Positions 1 to 10,519 of a DNA stretch of 32,000 bases are shown here, one piece after another. Location of the stretch: assembly GCF_000091665.1 (NCBI RefSeq), contig NC_000909.1, positions 413,581 through 445,580 of the forward strand. Direction: 5' to 3'. This DNA is from Methanocaldococcus jannaschii DSM 2661. GTDB lineage: Archaea; AGJL01; Methanococci; Methanococcales; Methanocaldococcaceae. The notes beneath the pieces are model-generated. The model was given only the letters and a program-made list of their open reading frames with translations. It was not told where the DNA came from and searched no databases. Position 1 is the stretch's first letter; the number at the start of each line of letters is the position of its first letter. Position numbers and translations under genes: made by a program.

Positions 1-2
1 CC

Positions 3-329
3 GGAGCTAAGGAAGTTGAAATCATCGCAGTAAGAAACTACAAAGGGGTTGCAAGAAGATTGCCAACAGCAAGAGTAGGAGATATGGTAATAGTTACAGT
101 TAAAAAAGGAACTCCTGAAATGAGAAAACAGGTTTTGCCAGCAGTTGTTATTAGACAGAGAAAAGAGATTAGAAGACCAGATGGAACAAGAGTTAAGTTT
201 GCAGATAATGCAGTTGTTATAGTAACACCAGATGGAAACCCAAAGGGTTCAGATATTAAGGGGCCTGTTGCTAAGGAAGCTGCTGAAAGATGGCCAGGTA
301 TTGCAAGAATTGCTAAGATAATCATTTAA
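3..329 (+). CDS. rpl14: 50S ribosomal protein L14 (uL14), 5'-truncated by the window edge
   Basis: The frame is open from base 3 ([36 protein letters not shown]...). The sequence is typical of uL14 and sits first in the conserved L14-L24-S4e-L5 order. The ORF-track Met at 60 is internal. Confidence 0.93.
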   Translation, partial: GAKEVEIIAVRNYKGVARRLPTARVGDMVIVTVKKGTPEMRKQVLPAVVIRQRKEIRRPDGTRVKFADNAVVIVTPDGNPKGSDIKGPVAKEAAERWPGIARIAKIII

Positions 330-356
330 ATTAAAAACTAATTAAGGTGAAAAAAC

Positions 357-719
357 ATGGCTTTTACAAAGTCAAAACAACCAAGAAAACAGAGAAAGGC
401 ATTATTTAACGCTCCTCTCCACTTAAGAAGAAAAGTTATGTCTGCAATGTTATCAAAGGAGTTGAAGGAGAAGTTAGGTAAAAACGCTATCCCAGTTAGA
501 AAAGGAGATGTTGTTAGAATAATGAGAGGAGATTTCAAAGGATTAGAAGGAGAAGTTATCAAAGTTGATTTAAAGAGATACAGAATATATGTTGAAGGAG
601 CAAACAACAAGAGACAAGATGGAAGAGAAGTTCCATATCCAATCCATCCATCAAATGTTATGATTATCAAGTTGTATGACAAGGATGAAAAAAGATTCAA
701 ACATATCAAAAATGAATAA
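357..719 (+). CDS. rpl24: 50S ribosomal protein L24 (uL24, KOW domain)
   Basis: 120 aa with the KOW motif [30 protein letters not shown] lies at 345-351. Position in the spc operon fits. Confidence 0.95.
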   Translation: MAFTKSKQPRKQRKALFNAPLHLRRKVMSAMLSKELKEKLGKNAIPVRKGDVVRIMRGDFKGLEGEVIKVDLKRYRIYVEGANNKRQDGREVPYPIHPSNVMIIKLYDKDEKRFKHIKNE

Positions 720-728
720 GGTGAAAGG

Positions 729-1463
729 ATGGCAAAAAAAGGTCCAAAAAGACATTTAAAAAGATTGGCAGCTCCAGTTAGATGGGAGTTACCAAGAAAG
801 ATTCACAAATTCACAGTTAGACCATTACCAGGAGCACACCCAATGAGTGAGTCATTACCATTACTGTTAATCGTTAGAGACATTTTAAAGTATGCCGATA
901 ACGCAAGAGAAGCAAAGAAAATCATTAAAATGGGTAAAGTTTTAGTTGATGGAAGAGTTAGGAAGGAAGAAAAGCTTCCAGTTGGATTAATGGATGTTGT
1001 CTCATTACCAGATGCAAATGAAAATTACAGAGTTTTATTTGATAGAAAGGGAAGAATTAAATTAAAACCAACAGAAAATCCAGATGTAAAATTATGTAAA
1101 ATTAAAAACAAGACTGTTATTAAAGGAGGACACATACAGCTCAATTTACACGATGGAAGAAATATCGTTATAAAAGTTTCAGACCCTACAAAGGCAGAAG
1201 AAGATGTCTATAAAACAGGAGACACATTATTAATCTCAATCCCTGAACAAGAAATTAAAGCTCATATACCATTTGAAGTTGGTAAATTAGCATACATTAC
1301 AGGAGGAAAACACGTCGGTGATTTCGCTAAAATCGTTGAGATTGAGAGAAGAGGAATATATCCTGATATCGTTACATTAGAAAACATGGATGGAGAGAAG
1401 TTCAAAACAGTTAAAGACTATGTCTTCGTTGTTGGAGACGAAGAGCCAATAATTAAATTATAA
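729..1463 (+). CDS. rps4e: 30S ribosomal protein S4e
   Basis: 244 aa. The N-terminus MAKKGPKRHLKRLAAP is characteristic of eS4. SD GGTGA overlaps the L24 stop. Confidence 0.95.
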   Translation: MAKKGPKRHLKRLAAPVRWELPRKIHKFTVRPLPGAHPMSESLPLLLIVRDILKYADNAREAKKIIKMGKVLVDGRVRKEEKLPVGLMDVVSLPDANENYRVLFDRKGRIKLKPTENPDVKLCKIKNKTVIKGGHIQLNLHDGRNIVIKVSDPTKAEEDVYKTGDTLLISIPEQEIKAHIPFEVGKLAYITGGKHVGDFAKIVEIERRGIYPDIVTLENMDGEKFKTVKDYVFVVGDEEPIIKL

Positions 1464-1485
1464 ATTAGATAGATGAGGGAGAAAC

Positions 1486-2058
1486 ATGAGCTTTGAAGAG
1501 TTATGGCAGAAGAATCCAATGCTAAAACCAAGAATTGAAAAAGTTGTTGTCAATTTCGGAGTAGGAGAGAGTGGAGATAGATTAACAAAAGGAGCTCAAG
1601 TTATTGAAGAGCTAACAGGACAAAAACCAATAAGAACAAGAGCTAAGCAAACAAACCCATCATTTGGAATTAGAAAGAAGTTACCAATTGGGTTAAAAGT
1701 CACATTAAGAGGAAAGAAGGCAGAAGAGTTTTTAAAGAATGCATTTGAAGCCTTCCAAAAAGAAGGTAAAAAATTATATGATTATTCATTTGACGATTAC
1801 GGAAACTTCTCATTTGGTATTCATGAGCATATAGACTTCCCTGGACAAAAATACGACCCAATGATTGGTATCTTTGGGATGGACGTCTGTGTTACCTTAG
1901 AGAGACCTGGATTTAGAGTTAAGAGAAGAAAAAGATGCAGAGCTAAGATTCCAAGAAGACATAGATTAACAAGAGAAGAGGCAATTGAATTTATAGAAAA
2001 AACATTTGGAGTTAAAGTTGAAAGAGTCTTGTTAGAGGAGGAAGAAGAAACACAATAA
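1486..2058 (+). CDS. rpl5: 50S ribosomal protein L5 (uL5)
   Basis: 190 aa with uL5-like sequence ([14 protein letters not shown]...[12 protein letters not shown]). Operon position fits. Confidence 0.95.
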   Translation: MSFEELWQKNPMLKPRIEKVVVNFGVGESGDRLTKGAQVIEELTGQKPIRTRAKQTNPSFGIRKKLPIGLKVTLRGKKAEEFLKNAFEAFQKEGKKLYDYSFDDYGNFSFGIHEHIDFPGQKYDPMIGIFGMDVCVTLERPGFRVKRRKRCRAKIPRRHRLTREEAIEFIEKTFGVKVERVLLEEEEETQ

Positions 2059-2071
2059 AAAGGTGATGTAG

Positions 2072-2233
2072 ATGGCAAAAAAACCATGGAAAAAGAAATA
2101 TGGTTATGGAATTAGACCATGCCAAAGATGTGGGCATGTAGGTCCAGGTTTAATCAGAAAGTATGGATTAAATCTCTGCAGACAGTGCTTTAGGGAAATA
2201 GCTCACAAGTTAGGATTTAAAAAATTAGATTAA
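2072..2233 (+). CDS. rps14: 30S ribosomal protein S14 type Z (uS14, zinc ribbon), 53 aa
   Basis: Not in the ORF track because it is under 60 aa. My translation is [53 protein letters not shown], with CxxC...CxxC. SD GGTGA at 2062-2066 is followed by 5 nt and the ATG. The slot between L5 and S8 is the conserved one. Confidence 0.92.
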   Translation: MAKKPWKKKYGYGIRPCQRCGHVGPGLIRKYGLNLCRQCFREIAHKLGFKKLD

Positions 2234-2275
2234 ACCAAAACACTCTTTACTAAAAATTCTTAATGGAGGGAAAAC

Positions 2276-2668
2276 ATGAGTTTAATGGACCCACTAGCAA
2301 ACGCATTAAACCATATCTCTAACTGTGAGAGAGTGGGTAAAAAGGTAGTGTATATAAAACCAGCCTCTAAGTTAATTGGAAGGGTTTTAAAAGTTATGCA
2401 AGATAACGGCTACATAGGAGAGTTTGAATTTATAGAAGATGGTAGAGCTGGAATATTTAAAGTTGAGTTAATAGGGAAGATAAACAAGTGTGGAGCAATA
2501 AAACCAAGATTCCCAGTTAAAAAATTTGGCTATGAGAAATTTGAAAAGAGATACTTACCAGCAAGAGACTTTGGTATATTGATTGTTTCAACAACACAGG
2601 GAGTTATGAGCCACGAAGAAGCTAAAAAGAGAGGCTTAGGAGGAAGGTTGTTAGCTTATGTCTATTAA
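2276..2668 (+). CDS. rps8: 30S ribosomal protein S8 (uS8)
   Basis: 130 aa. The N-terminus [15 protein letters not shown] is typical of uS8. Operon order fits. Confidence 0.95.
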
Positions 2669-2706
2669 ACACGTTCTAAATTAAATTTAAATTTTGAGGT
2701 GAGTTT

Positions 2707-3255
2707 ATGCCAGTTGCCGCCTATATTGAGGAAAGGGTAAAAATCCCTGAAAATGTTCAAGTTGAGATAAACAATAATGAAGTTGTTGTAAAAAGTGGAG
2801 GAAAAGAGTTAAGAAGAAGATTTGAGCATCCAAAAATTGTAATTAAAAAAGAAGGAGATGAAATAGTTATCTTCTGTGAATATCCAAGAAGAAAAGACAA
2901 GGCCATGGTTGGGACTATAAGGGCACATATAAACAATATGATTAAAGGAGTTACTGAAGGATTTACATACAAATTAAAGATTAGGTATGCACACTTCCCA
3001 ATGAAAGTTAGCGTTAAAGGTAATGAAGTTATCATTGAAAACTTCTTAGGGGAGAAACACCCAAGAAGAGCAAGAATTATGGAAGGAGTTACCGTTAAGA
3101 TTAGTGGAGAGGATGTCATAGTTACAGGAATTGACAAGGAAAAAGTTGGACAAACTGCTGCTAACATAGAGCAGGCAACAAGAATTAAAGGAAGAGACCC
3201 AAGAGTCTTCCAGGATGGAATTTACATTGTAGAGAAAGCTGGAAAAGCTATCTAA
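2707..3255 (+). CDS. rpl6: 50S ribosomal protein L6 (uL6)
   Basis: 182 aa with the two-domain uL6 pattern. SD GAGGTGAG lies upstream. Operon order fits. Confidence 0.95.
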   Translation: MPVAAYIEERVKIPENVQVEINNNEVVVKSGGKELRRRFEHPKIVIKKEGDEIVIFCEYPRRKDKAMVGTIRAHINNMIKGVTEGFTYKLKIRYAHFPMKVSVKGNEVIIENFLGEKHPRRARIMEGVTVKISGEDVIVTGIDKEKVGQTAANIEQATRIKGRDPRVFQDGIYIVEKAGKAI

Positions 3256-3277
3256 AAAATTTAGTTGAGGGAGAGTT

Positions 3278-3718
3278 ATGAACAGGCTGTTAAGATTAAG
3301 ATTTAAATTAAAAATGAAAAAGCCTGACTTTATAAGGCAAGAAGCTCACAGACACAAAAGGTTGGGAGAGAAGTGGAGAAGACCAAAAGGAAGACACAGT
3401 AAGATGAGATTAAAGTGGAAGGAAAAACCTCCAGTTGTTGAGATTGGTTACAGAAGCCCTAAGGCAGTAAGAGGCTTACACCCAAGTGGATTGGAGGATG
3501 TTTTGGTTTATAATGTAAAAGATTTAGAGAAATTAAATCCAGAAACACAGGGAGCAAGAATAGCTTCAACAGTTGGTAAAAGAAAGAAAATTGAAATTAT
3601 CATAAGAGCAAGAGAGTTAGGAATAAGAATCTTAAACATATCAGAAGAGAAACAGGAAGAGTTGTTAAAATTAGCTGAAAAACAGGAAGCTCAAGAAGTT
3701 AATGAAACTAACGAATAA
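3278..3718 (+). CDS. rpl32e: 50S ribosomal protein L32e
   Basis: 146 aa with the eL32 core ([21 protein letters not shown]) and an acidic C-terminal tail. The archaeal spc-operon slot fits. Confidence 0.92.
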   Translation: MNRLLRLRFKLKMKKPDFIRQEAHRHKRLGEKWRRPKGRHSKMRLKWKEKPPVVEIGYRSPKAVRGLHPSGLEDVLVYNVKDLEKLNPETQGARIASTVGKRKKIEIIIRARELGIRILNISEEKQEELLKLAEKQEAQEVNETNE

Positions 3719-3775
3719 ATTATTTTCAATCCCTCACTCTTTAAGATAAATCTGCTTTTGTTATAGGTGATAATT

Positions 3776-4222
3776 ATGGATGTATCCGTTCAAAGAAGAA
3801 TGGCGGCTGAGATATTAAAATGTGGAATAGAGAGGGTTTGGATTGACCCAACTCAATTAGATAGAGTCAAAATGGCAATGTCAAAAGATGATATAAGAGC
3901 TCTAATTAAAGAAGGAGTTATTAAGAAAAAGCAGAAGAAAGGAATTAGCAGTGCGAGAGTTAAAAAGTTGAAAGAGCAGAGAAAAAAGGGTAGAAGAAGA
4001 GGTCCAGGTTCAAGAAGAGGAGCTGCTGGTGCAAGAACTCCACCAAAAGAAAGATGGATGGCTACAATTAGAGCTTTAAGAAAAACTCTTAAACAGTTGA
4101 GAGATTCTGGAAAAATTGATAGAAAAGTTTATAGAAAACTTTACAGAATGGCAAAAGGAGGAGCATTTAGAAGTAGAAGCCACCTCTTCCTTTACATGAG
4201 AGAACACGAACTCTTAAAATAA
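3776..4222 (+). CDS. rpl19e: 50S ribosomal protein L19e
   Basis: eL19 sequence (MDVSVQRRMAAEILKCG...). The ORF-track start at 3767 is a GTG inside the SD GGTGA (3766-3770). The ATG at 3776 lies 5 nt downstream of that SD. Confidence 0.92.
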   Translation: MDVSVQRRMAAEILKCGIERVWIDPTQLDRVKMAMSKDDIRALIKEGVIKKKQKKGISSARVKKLKEQRKKGRRRGPGSRRGAAGARTPPKERWMATIRALRKTLKQLRDSGKIDRKVYRKLYRMAKGGAFRSRSHLFLYMREHELLK

Positions 4223-4254
4223 TTAAACAATTTTTATCAGGAAGGTGAGAAATT

Positions 4255-4842
4255 ATGGCAACAGGTCCAACTTATAGGGTTAAGTTTAGAAGAAGAAGAG
4301 AAGCAAAAACTGACTACAGAAAAAGATTAAAATTATTATTATCAAGAAAACCAAGATTAGTAGCAAGAAGAACTTTGAATCACTGCATTGCTCAAATTGT
4401 ATTGTATGATGAGAAGGGAGATAAAACAGTTGTTTCAGCTCATTCAAGAGAGTTGATTAAATTGGGTTATAAGGGGCATACAGGAAACTTGCCATCAGCA
4501 TACTTAACAGGTTACTTATTAGGTAAGAAAGCTTTAGCCAAAGGTTACACTGAAGCAGTTTTAGATATTGGATTGCACAGAGCTACAAAAGGTAATGCAA
4601 TATTTGCAATATTAAAAGGAGCTTTAGATGCGGGTATGGAAATTCCACACGGAGAAGAAATATTACCATCAGAAGAAAGGATAAGAGGGGAACACATAAA
4701 GGCTTATGCCGAAATGTTAAAAGAACAGGATGAAGAAAGATACAAGAAACAGTTCTCAAAATATTTGGAGAAGGGATTAGAACCAGAAAAATTGCCAGAA
4801 CACTTTGAAGAAATAAAGGCAAAAATAGACAGTATGTTCTAA
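4255..4842 (+). CDS. rpl18: 50S ribosomal protein L18 (uL18/L5e)
   Basis: 195 aa with a uL18 N-terminus ([18 protein letters not shown]). SD AGGTGAG lies upstream. Confidence 0.95.
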   Translation: MATGPTYRVKFRRRREAKTDYRKRLKLLLSRKPRLVARRTLNHCIAQIVLYDEKGDKTVVSAHSRELIKLGYKGHTGNLPSAYLTGYLLGKKALAKGYTEAVLDIGLHRATKGNAIFAILKGALDAGMEIPHGEEILPSEERIRGEHIKAYAEMLKEQDEERYKKQFSKYLEKGLEPEKLPEHFEEIKAKIDSMF

Positions 4843-4852
4843 AGGTGAGATT

Positions 4853-5506
4853 ATGAGATTTAATATAGATGAGTGGGAACCAAAAACCACTATTGGAAGA
4901 ATGGTTAAGGAAGGGCAGATAACTGATATTGATTACATTTTAGATAACAATCTGCCAATCTTAGAGCCTGAGATTGTCGATGCTTTATTACCAGATTTAG
5001 AAGAGAAAGTTTTAGATGTTAAGTTAGTCCAGAGAATGCACAAGTCAGGGAGAAGAGCAAGATTTAGAGCTACAGTTGTTGTAGGAAACAGAAATGGTTA
5101 TGTTGGTGTTGGAAAAGGTAAAGCTAAAGAAGTTGGGCCAGCAATTAGAAAGGCAATAGCTCAGGCAAAGAAAAACATTATTAGAGTTAAGAGAGGTTGC
5201 GGTTCTTGGGAGTGTGGTTGTGGAACACCTCACTCAATCCCATACAAGGGTTATGGGAAGTGTGGAAGTACTGCAATAGAGATATTACCAGCTCCAAAAG
5301 GGGTTGGTTTAGTTGCTGGGGATGTTGCTAAGGCAGTTTTAGGTTTAGCAGGAATTAAAGATGTTTGGACAAAGACATTTGGAGAGACAAGAACAACTTA
5401 CAACTTCGCAATGGCTACATTTGAAGCATTAAAGAGCTTGAACTTTACAAGAACTATGGAAAAACACAAAGAGAAGTTGGGAATTGTTGAAGGAAGAGTC
5501 TTATAA
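4853..5506 (+). CDS. rps5: 30S ribosomal protein S5 (uS5)
   Basis: 217 aa with the uS5 dsRBD and C-terminal domain ([17 protein letters not shown]). Operon order fits. Confidence 0.95.
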   Translation: MRFNIDEWEPKTTIGRMVKEGQITDIDYILDNNLPILEPEIVDALLPDLEEKVLDVKLVQRMHKSGRRARFRATVVVGNRNGYVGVGKGKAKEVGPAIRKAIAQAKKNIIRVKRGCGSWECGCGTPHSIPYKGYGKCGSTAIEILPAPKGVGLVAGDVAKAVLGLAGIKDVWTKTFGETRTTYNFAMATFEALKSLNFTRTMEKHKEKLGIVEGRVL

Positions 5507-5571
5507 ATTAAATTTTTCTCATTTAAAACCAAGTGGCTATTTTAAAACTTTTATTTTAATAAGGTGATAAT

Positions 5572-6036
5572 ATGGCTTATGCTGTCATTAGGATAAGAGG
5601 GAGAGTTGGTGTAAGGAGAGATATAGCAGATACACTGAAAATGTTGAGATTGCACAAAGTAAATCACTGTGTAATAATTCCAGAAACAGAAACATTTAAA
5701 GGAATGTTACAAAAAGTTAAAGACTACGTGACATGGGGAGAAATTGATAAAGATACATTGGTTAAATTAATTTTAAAGAGAGGAAGATTACCAGGAAATA
5801 AAAAAGTTAATCCAGAAATCATAAAGGAGCTTACAGGAATGGATGTTGAAGAATTGGCAGAAAAGATTATAAATGGAGAAATTAAATTAAAAGAAACTCC
5901 ATTAAAACCTGTATTCAGATTACACCCTCCAAGAAAAGGATTTGAAAGAGGAGGTATTAAAAAACCATTCAGTGTTGGAGGAGCTTTAGGTTACAGAGGA
6001 GAGAAGATTAATGAGTTATTAGAAAAGATGATGTAA
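5572..6036 (+). CDS. rpl30: 50S ribosomal protein L30 (uL30/L7e)
   Basis: 154 aa with uL30 sequence ([24 protein letters not shown]). SD GGTGA lies upstream. Confidence 0.94.
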   Translation: MAYAVIRIRGRVGVRRDIADTLKMLRLHKVNHCVIIPETETFKGMLQKVKDYVTWGEIDKDTLVKLILKRGRLPGNKKVNPEIIKELTGMDVEELAEKIINGEIKLKETPLKPVFRLHPPRKGFERGGIKKPFSVGGALGYRGEKINELLEKMM

Positions 6037-6047
6037 GGTGATGATTT

Positions 6048-6479
6048 ATGATTAGAAAAAAGAAAAAAGTTAAAAAAATTAGAGGTTCAAGAACCTGTGG
6101 AGGAGGAAGCCACAAGAAGAGAAGAGGGGCTGGAAACAAGGGAGGAAGAGGAATGGCTGGTGGGCATAAGCACAAATGGACGTGGATTATAAAATACTGC
6201 CCTGATTACTTTGGAAAGTATGGATTCAAGAGACACCCAAGCTTAGTTAAAAGATTAGAAACAATAAATGTTGGAGAGCTTGAAGAGATTGTATTAAAAA
6301 ACCCAGATAAATTTGAAAAAGAAGATGATAAATTTGTTGTTGATGTAATTGAGTTAGGTTATGAGAAAGTTTTAGGTAAAGGAAAAGTTACAATCCCAAT
6401 GATTGTTAAAGCAGTTGAAGTTTCAGAGAAAGCAAGAGAGAAGATTGAGGCAGTAGGTGGAGAGGTTGTTGAACTCTAA
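6048..6479 (+). CDS. rpl15: 50S ribosomal protein L15 (uL15)
   Basis: 143 aa with the Gly/Arg/Lys-rich N-terminus typical of uL15. It is the last ribosomal protein gene before secY. Confidence 0.94.
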   Translation: MIRKKKKVKKIRGSRTCGGGSHKKRRGAGNKGGRGMAGGHKHKWTWIIKYCPDYFGKYGFKRHPSLVKRLETINVGELEEIVLKNPDKFEKEDDKFVVDVIELGYEKVLGKGKVTIPMIVKAVEVSEKAREKIEAVGGEVVEL

Positions 6480-6487
6480 ATTATTAA

Positions 6488-6520
6488 CAATCTTCTTTTT
6501 ATTTCTAATTTTTGATTTTG
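6488..6520 (+). terminator. Oligo-T tracts downstream of rpl15 (candidate archaeal intrinsic terminator)
   Basis: Runs of five T at 6496-6500 and 6509-6513, and four T at 6516-6519, start 17 nt after the rpl15 stop. Archaeal RNAP is known to terminate at oligo-T. No experimental support is visible here. Confidence 0.35.
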
Positions 6521-6792
6521 AAGTAAATAAATTTTTAGATGAGAATGGAGTATCTATTTTTTTACAAAAAAATAAAGATATTAAAAATTTAAAGAGTAAC
6601 TTAAAAGGAATTTACAAAATGTTGGCTGATTTTTGCACTCAATATATTCTCCATTTTTCTATTTTATTTCATTTTTAGTTCATTATGGGATTAAATTTCA
6701 CTAAAAATTTATACTCCTAATTACAAAAATTATCAGTAATATAAAACATAAATCTTAAAATCTTAAAAAAAGGTGGTACCTTGGAAAACATC

Positions 6793-8103
6793 ATGAAAAA
6801 GTTAATTCCAATATTAGAAAAAATTCCAGAGGTTGAATTGCCAGTTAAGGAGATAACATTTAAAGAGAAACTTAAATGGACGGGAATAGTTTTGGTTCTT
6901 TATTTCATTATGGGATGTATTGATGTTTATACAGCAGGAGCTCAAATTCCAGCGATATTTGAGTTTTGGCAGACAATTACAGCATCAAGAATTGGAACGC
7001 TTATAACCTTGGGGATTGGACCCATAGTTACAGCTGGAATTATTATGCAGTTATTGGTTGGTTCAGGAATTATCCAAATGGACTTATCAATTCCAGAAAA
7101 TAGGGCTTTGTTTCAAGGATGTCAGAAGCTTTTATCTATAATAATGTGTTTTGTTGAAGCAGTTCTATTCGTTGGGGCTGGTGCATTTGGAATTTTAACA
7201 CCATTGTTAGCATTTTTAGTAATTATTCAAATAGCCTTTGGTTCAATAATATTAATTTATTTGGATGAAATTGTTTCAAAGTATGGTATTGGTTCAGGTA
7301 TTGGGTTGTTTATTGCTGCAGGAGTTTCACAAACAATATTTGTTGGAGCATTAGGTCCAGAGGGATATTTATGGAAGTTTTTAAATTCATTAATTCAAGG
7401 AGTTCCAAATATTGAATATATAGCCCCAATAATTGGGACAATAATCGTCTTCTTAATGGTAGTTTATGCTGAATGTATGAGGGTGGAAATCCCATTAGCT
7501 CATGGGAGAATTAAAGGAGCTGTTGGAAAATACCCAATAAAGTTTGTTTATGTCTCAAATATCCCAGTTATATTAGCAGCTGCGTTATTTGCAAATATAC
7601 AACTTTGGGGTTTGGCGTTATATAGAATGGGAATTCCGATACTTGGACATTATGAAGGTGGAAGGGCGGTAGATGGAATTGCCTATTACCTTTCAACTCC
7701 TTATGGTTTATCAAGTGTGATTTCAGACCCGATACATGCAATAGTATATATGATAGCAATGATAATTACTTGTGTTATGTTTGGTATATTTTGGGTAGAA
7801 ACGACTGGATTAGACCCAAAAAGTATGGCTAAAAGAATTGGTTCATTAGGTATGGCAATTAAAGGATTTAGAAAGAGTGAAAAAGCAATAGAGCATAGAT
7901 TAAAAAGATATATTCCTCCACTAACAGTTATGAGCTCCGCATTCGTTGGATTTTTGGCTACAATAGCCAATTTCATTGGAGCTTTAGGAGGAGGAACAGG
8001 GGTTTTATTAACCGTCTCTATTGTATATAGAATGTATGAACAACTCTTAAGAGAGAAGGTGAGTGAGTTGCACCCAGCAATAGCAAAATTATTAAATAAG
8101 TAA
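6793..8103 (+). CDS. secY: Preprotein translocase subunit SecY (436 aa)
   Basis: Ten-TM SecY sequence (MKKLIPILEKIPEVELPVKEITFKEKLKWTG...). I recognise it as the M. jannaschii SecY used for the SecYEbeta crystal structure. The ORF-track start at 6781 is a TTG. I prefer the ATG at 6793, which gives 436 aa. Confidence 0.95.
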   Translation: MKKLIPILEKIPEVELPVKEITFKEKLKWTGIVLVLYFIMGCIDVYTAGAQIPAIFEFWQTITASRIGTLITLGIGPIVTAGIIMQLLVGSGIIQMDLSIPENRALFQGCQKLLSIIMCFVEAVLFVGAGAFGILTPLLAFLVIIQIAFGSIILIYLDEIVSKYGIGSGIGLFIAAGVSQTIFVGALGPEGYLWKFLNSLIQGVPNIEYIAPIIGTIIVFLMVVYAECMRVEIPLAHGRIKGAVGKYPIKFVYVSNIPVILAAALFANIQLWGLALYRMGIPILGHYEGGRAVDGIAYYLSTPYGLSSVISDPIHAIVYMIAMIITCVMFGIFWVETTGLDPKSMAKRIGSLGMAIKGFRKSEKAIEHRLKRYIPPLTVMSSAFVGFLATIANFIGALGGGTGVLLTVSIVYRMYEQLLREKVSELHPAIAKLLNK

Positions 8104-8108
8104 AGTCA

Positions 8109-8220
8109 TTGAATAGAACTTTCGCAGAAGTAAATATTTCATTGAACAATGATGCCCTTTAAGCATCCATATTTCTCAATATATTCTAAAAAATATATAA
8201 ACTGCGAAAGTTCTATTGAA
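8109..8220. repeat. Palindromic element copy A (16-bp perfect arms, 74-nt interior, central hairpin)
   Basis: Arms 8112-8127 (aatagaactttcgcag) and 8202-8217 (ctgcgaaagttctatt) are perfect reverse complements. Two more base pairs follow after one mismatch. An internal hairpin gatgc/gcatc lies at 8151-8167. The element starts 6-9 nt after the secY stop. Confidence 0.8.
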
Positions 8221-8227
8221 ATTCTAA

Positions 8228-8833
<606 letters not shown>

Positions 8834-8886
8834 TCCTTATATAATATTTTAAAATAATTTTTAAATAACCACATTAAGGTGAGTTA

Positions 8887-9483
8887 ATGTTTGGTTCTAT
8901 ATTTGACATATATTATAAAACCTTGGATGCAATTTTCATGCCTATAATAAAAGTTCTACATCCCGCTTTAGCAATTTTAATTATTGCAATAATTGTCTCT
9001 TTAATCATAAATATAGCTACAAAACTTTTAGTTGACCAGAAGAGAGTTGCTGAACTAAAAAAGGAGATTCAGGAATTTCAGGTTAAATTTAAAAAAATGT
9101 CTAAAAATCCTGAAATGATGGAAAAACTTCAAGAAGAACAACAGAGAATTATGCAACTCAACGCTGAATTAATGAAGATGAGTTTTAGGCCGATGATATA
9201 TACATGGGTTCCAATAATTTTAATATTTATTTATTTGAGGCATGTTTATGGGTTTGGTGGAGTTTATCAAGAGTTAAATCCTGGTTGGAATGGAGTTGTT
9301 GTGTATCTACCTATAATATTGTCAAAGATTTTGTTTATTGATTTCTGGCACTGGCTTGGTTCAATATTTTATAAAGGAGGATTTAAAATAGTTTCTAACA
9401 CTGCCTTAGGTTGGTTAGGTTGGTATATTCTCTGTTCATTCGCAACATCTACTGTATTGAGAAAGATACTTGGAATAAAATAA
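8887..9483 (+). CDS. DUF106/EMC3-like membrane protein (archaeal YidC/Oxa1-superfamily insertase homologue)
   Basis: 198 aa with TM1, a charged coiled-coil hairpin ([11 protein letters not shown]...[15 protein letters not shown]), then further TM segments. This topology is typical of DUF106. I recall that the M. jannaschii orthologue (Mj0480) was structurally characterised as YidC-like. SD GGTGAG lies upstream. Confidence 0.75.
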
Positions 9484-9487
9484 ATGA

Positions 9488-10069
9488 TTAAGGTTCTTCT
9501 CTATTTTCAGTTTCTTCTTTATCTTTCTGTTTTTCCTCAACTTTTAAAAATTTATTTTTCTTCTTTTTCTCTAATTTTTCTCTATCTAATTGGAATTCCT
9601 CTCCAATTTTAATTACATAATCAGCAATATTCTGTAAAGCCGTTGAAAAACCAGGCTCAGCTCCAATAACTATAACCTTTTTTCCCCTTTCTTTTGCCTT
9701 TCTAATTGCTGGAAGAAAGTCAGCATCTCTTGTTACATAGGCAATGGTGTCAATATTTGGATTAAACACGAGCTCAGTGGCATCTACAGCCATTTCAACA
9801 TCCACATCTCCAGCAGATATCTTTGGTTCAAAACCTTGGTTTATAACGGCCTCTATTAATTTATCTGATGCATATTGGTTCAAATAAACCCTGCCAATAA
9901 CAATATCGCCAAATTCACTTAAAACCTCTCTAATTTTATCTAAATCAATGTTAAATTCTTTTCTAAGCATGTTTGGTCCATCAATTAACAATGCAATTCT
10001 ATGCTCCCCCTTTCTTTTTCTCGCCTTTTCATAAATTTTACTTGTTAAGCTTTCCAATTTCTTCCACAT
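9488..10069 (-). CDS. NYN/LabA-like (PIN-fold) domain protein with Lys/Glu-rich C-terminal tail
   Basis: The core [10 protein letters not shown]...[26 protein letters not shown] matches the NYN/LabA pattern. The ORF-track N-terminal 47 aa (to 10210) look like non-coding AT-rich translation. The ATG at 10069 has SD GGTGA at 10074-10078. Confidence 0.75.
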   Translation of the reverse strand: MWKKLESLTSKIYEKARKRKGEHRIALLIDGPNMLRKEFNIDLDKIREVLSEFGDIVIGRVYLNQYASDKLIEAVINQGFEPKISAGDVDVEMAVDATELVFNPNIDTIAYVTRDADFLPAIRKAKERGKKVIVIGAEPGFSTALQNIADYVIKIGEEFQLDREKLEKKKKNKFLKVEEKQKDKEETENREEP

Positions 10070-10208
10070 AATTTCACCAACATTGAGTAATAAAAAATAA
10101 TTAACTAACACTGTTAACCGAAACGGAATATATTTATAATATATGTGGCAAGATGATAATTTATATAATATAATTAAATAACAATAAATAACTTTATGAG
10201 GTGATTTC

Positions 10209-10505
10209 ATGTATAATTGTCCATACTGTGGAAAAGATTGTGTAAATGAAGCTGCAGTTAATATTTACTTAAAGATGGTTGAAAAATTCTTTAAATATCA
10301 AAATAAAGGGAGTGATATAACTTTTGAAAAATATCCAACAGTTGGAGAGGTTGGAGAGTGTAAAGAGACAGGAGGAAGGATATATCTCTGCCCTTACTGT
10401 AAAAAACCATTTAAAGCTTATTATGAAAAGGACAAGGTTGTTATAACATGTCCAAATTGTGGTGAAACTCTCTGCTTACCAGCAACAAATAGGACATTCT
10501 GTTAA
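10209..10505 (+). CDS. Small zinc-ribbon protein (three CPxC motifs), function unknown
   Basis: 98 aa with CPYC (4-7), CPYC (61-64) and CPNC (81-84) plus extra Cys residues. SD GAGGTGA at 10199-10205 is followed by 3 nt and the ATG. It is divergent from the NYN gene. Confidence 0.7.
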   Translation: MYNCPYCGKDCVNEAAVNIYLKMVEKFFKYQNKGSDITFEKYPTVGEVGECKETGGRIYLCPYCKKPFKAYYEKDKVVITCPNCGETLCLPATNRTFC

Positions 10506-10519
10506 TAGATAATAAAATT

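Noticed and set aside
38-709. Antisense ORFs opposite rpl14/rpl24, and similar ones at 1821-2087, 2757-3167, 4583-4822, 5045-5233, 7310-7976, 8224-8535, 12361-12648, 14186-14407, 16551-16748, 17982-18179, 20069-20287, 22020-22568, 25469-25922, 26682-27012, 30120-30344, 31054-31860
   Set aside because: Each is fully nested antisense to a strongly supported conserved gene. None has an SD, and all give low-complexity Ser/Leu/Ile-rich translations.
6457-6678. 73-aa ORF in the rpl15-secY spacer
   Set aside because: It overlaps the rpl15 3' end and has no SD. Its low-complexity Phe/Leu/Lys/Asn-rich translation is typical of AT-rich non-coding DNA. The region is better explained as terminator plus secY promoter.
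10113-10129. gttaaccgaaacggaat resembles the CRISPR repeat (GTTAA...CCGAttCGGAAT)
   Set aside because: The match needs a 7-nt deletion and two substitutions. It is a single copy with no adjacent spacer-repeat periodicity, so it is most likely chance or a small promoter-region palindrome (ccgaaacgg).
10070-10210. N-terminal 47-aa extension of the NYN ORF, which would overlap the start of the zinc-ribbon gene
   Set aside because: The extension translates AT-rich promoter DNA ([19 protein letters not shown]...). An SD-preceded ATG at 10069 starts exactly at the conserved domain.
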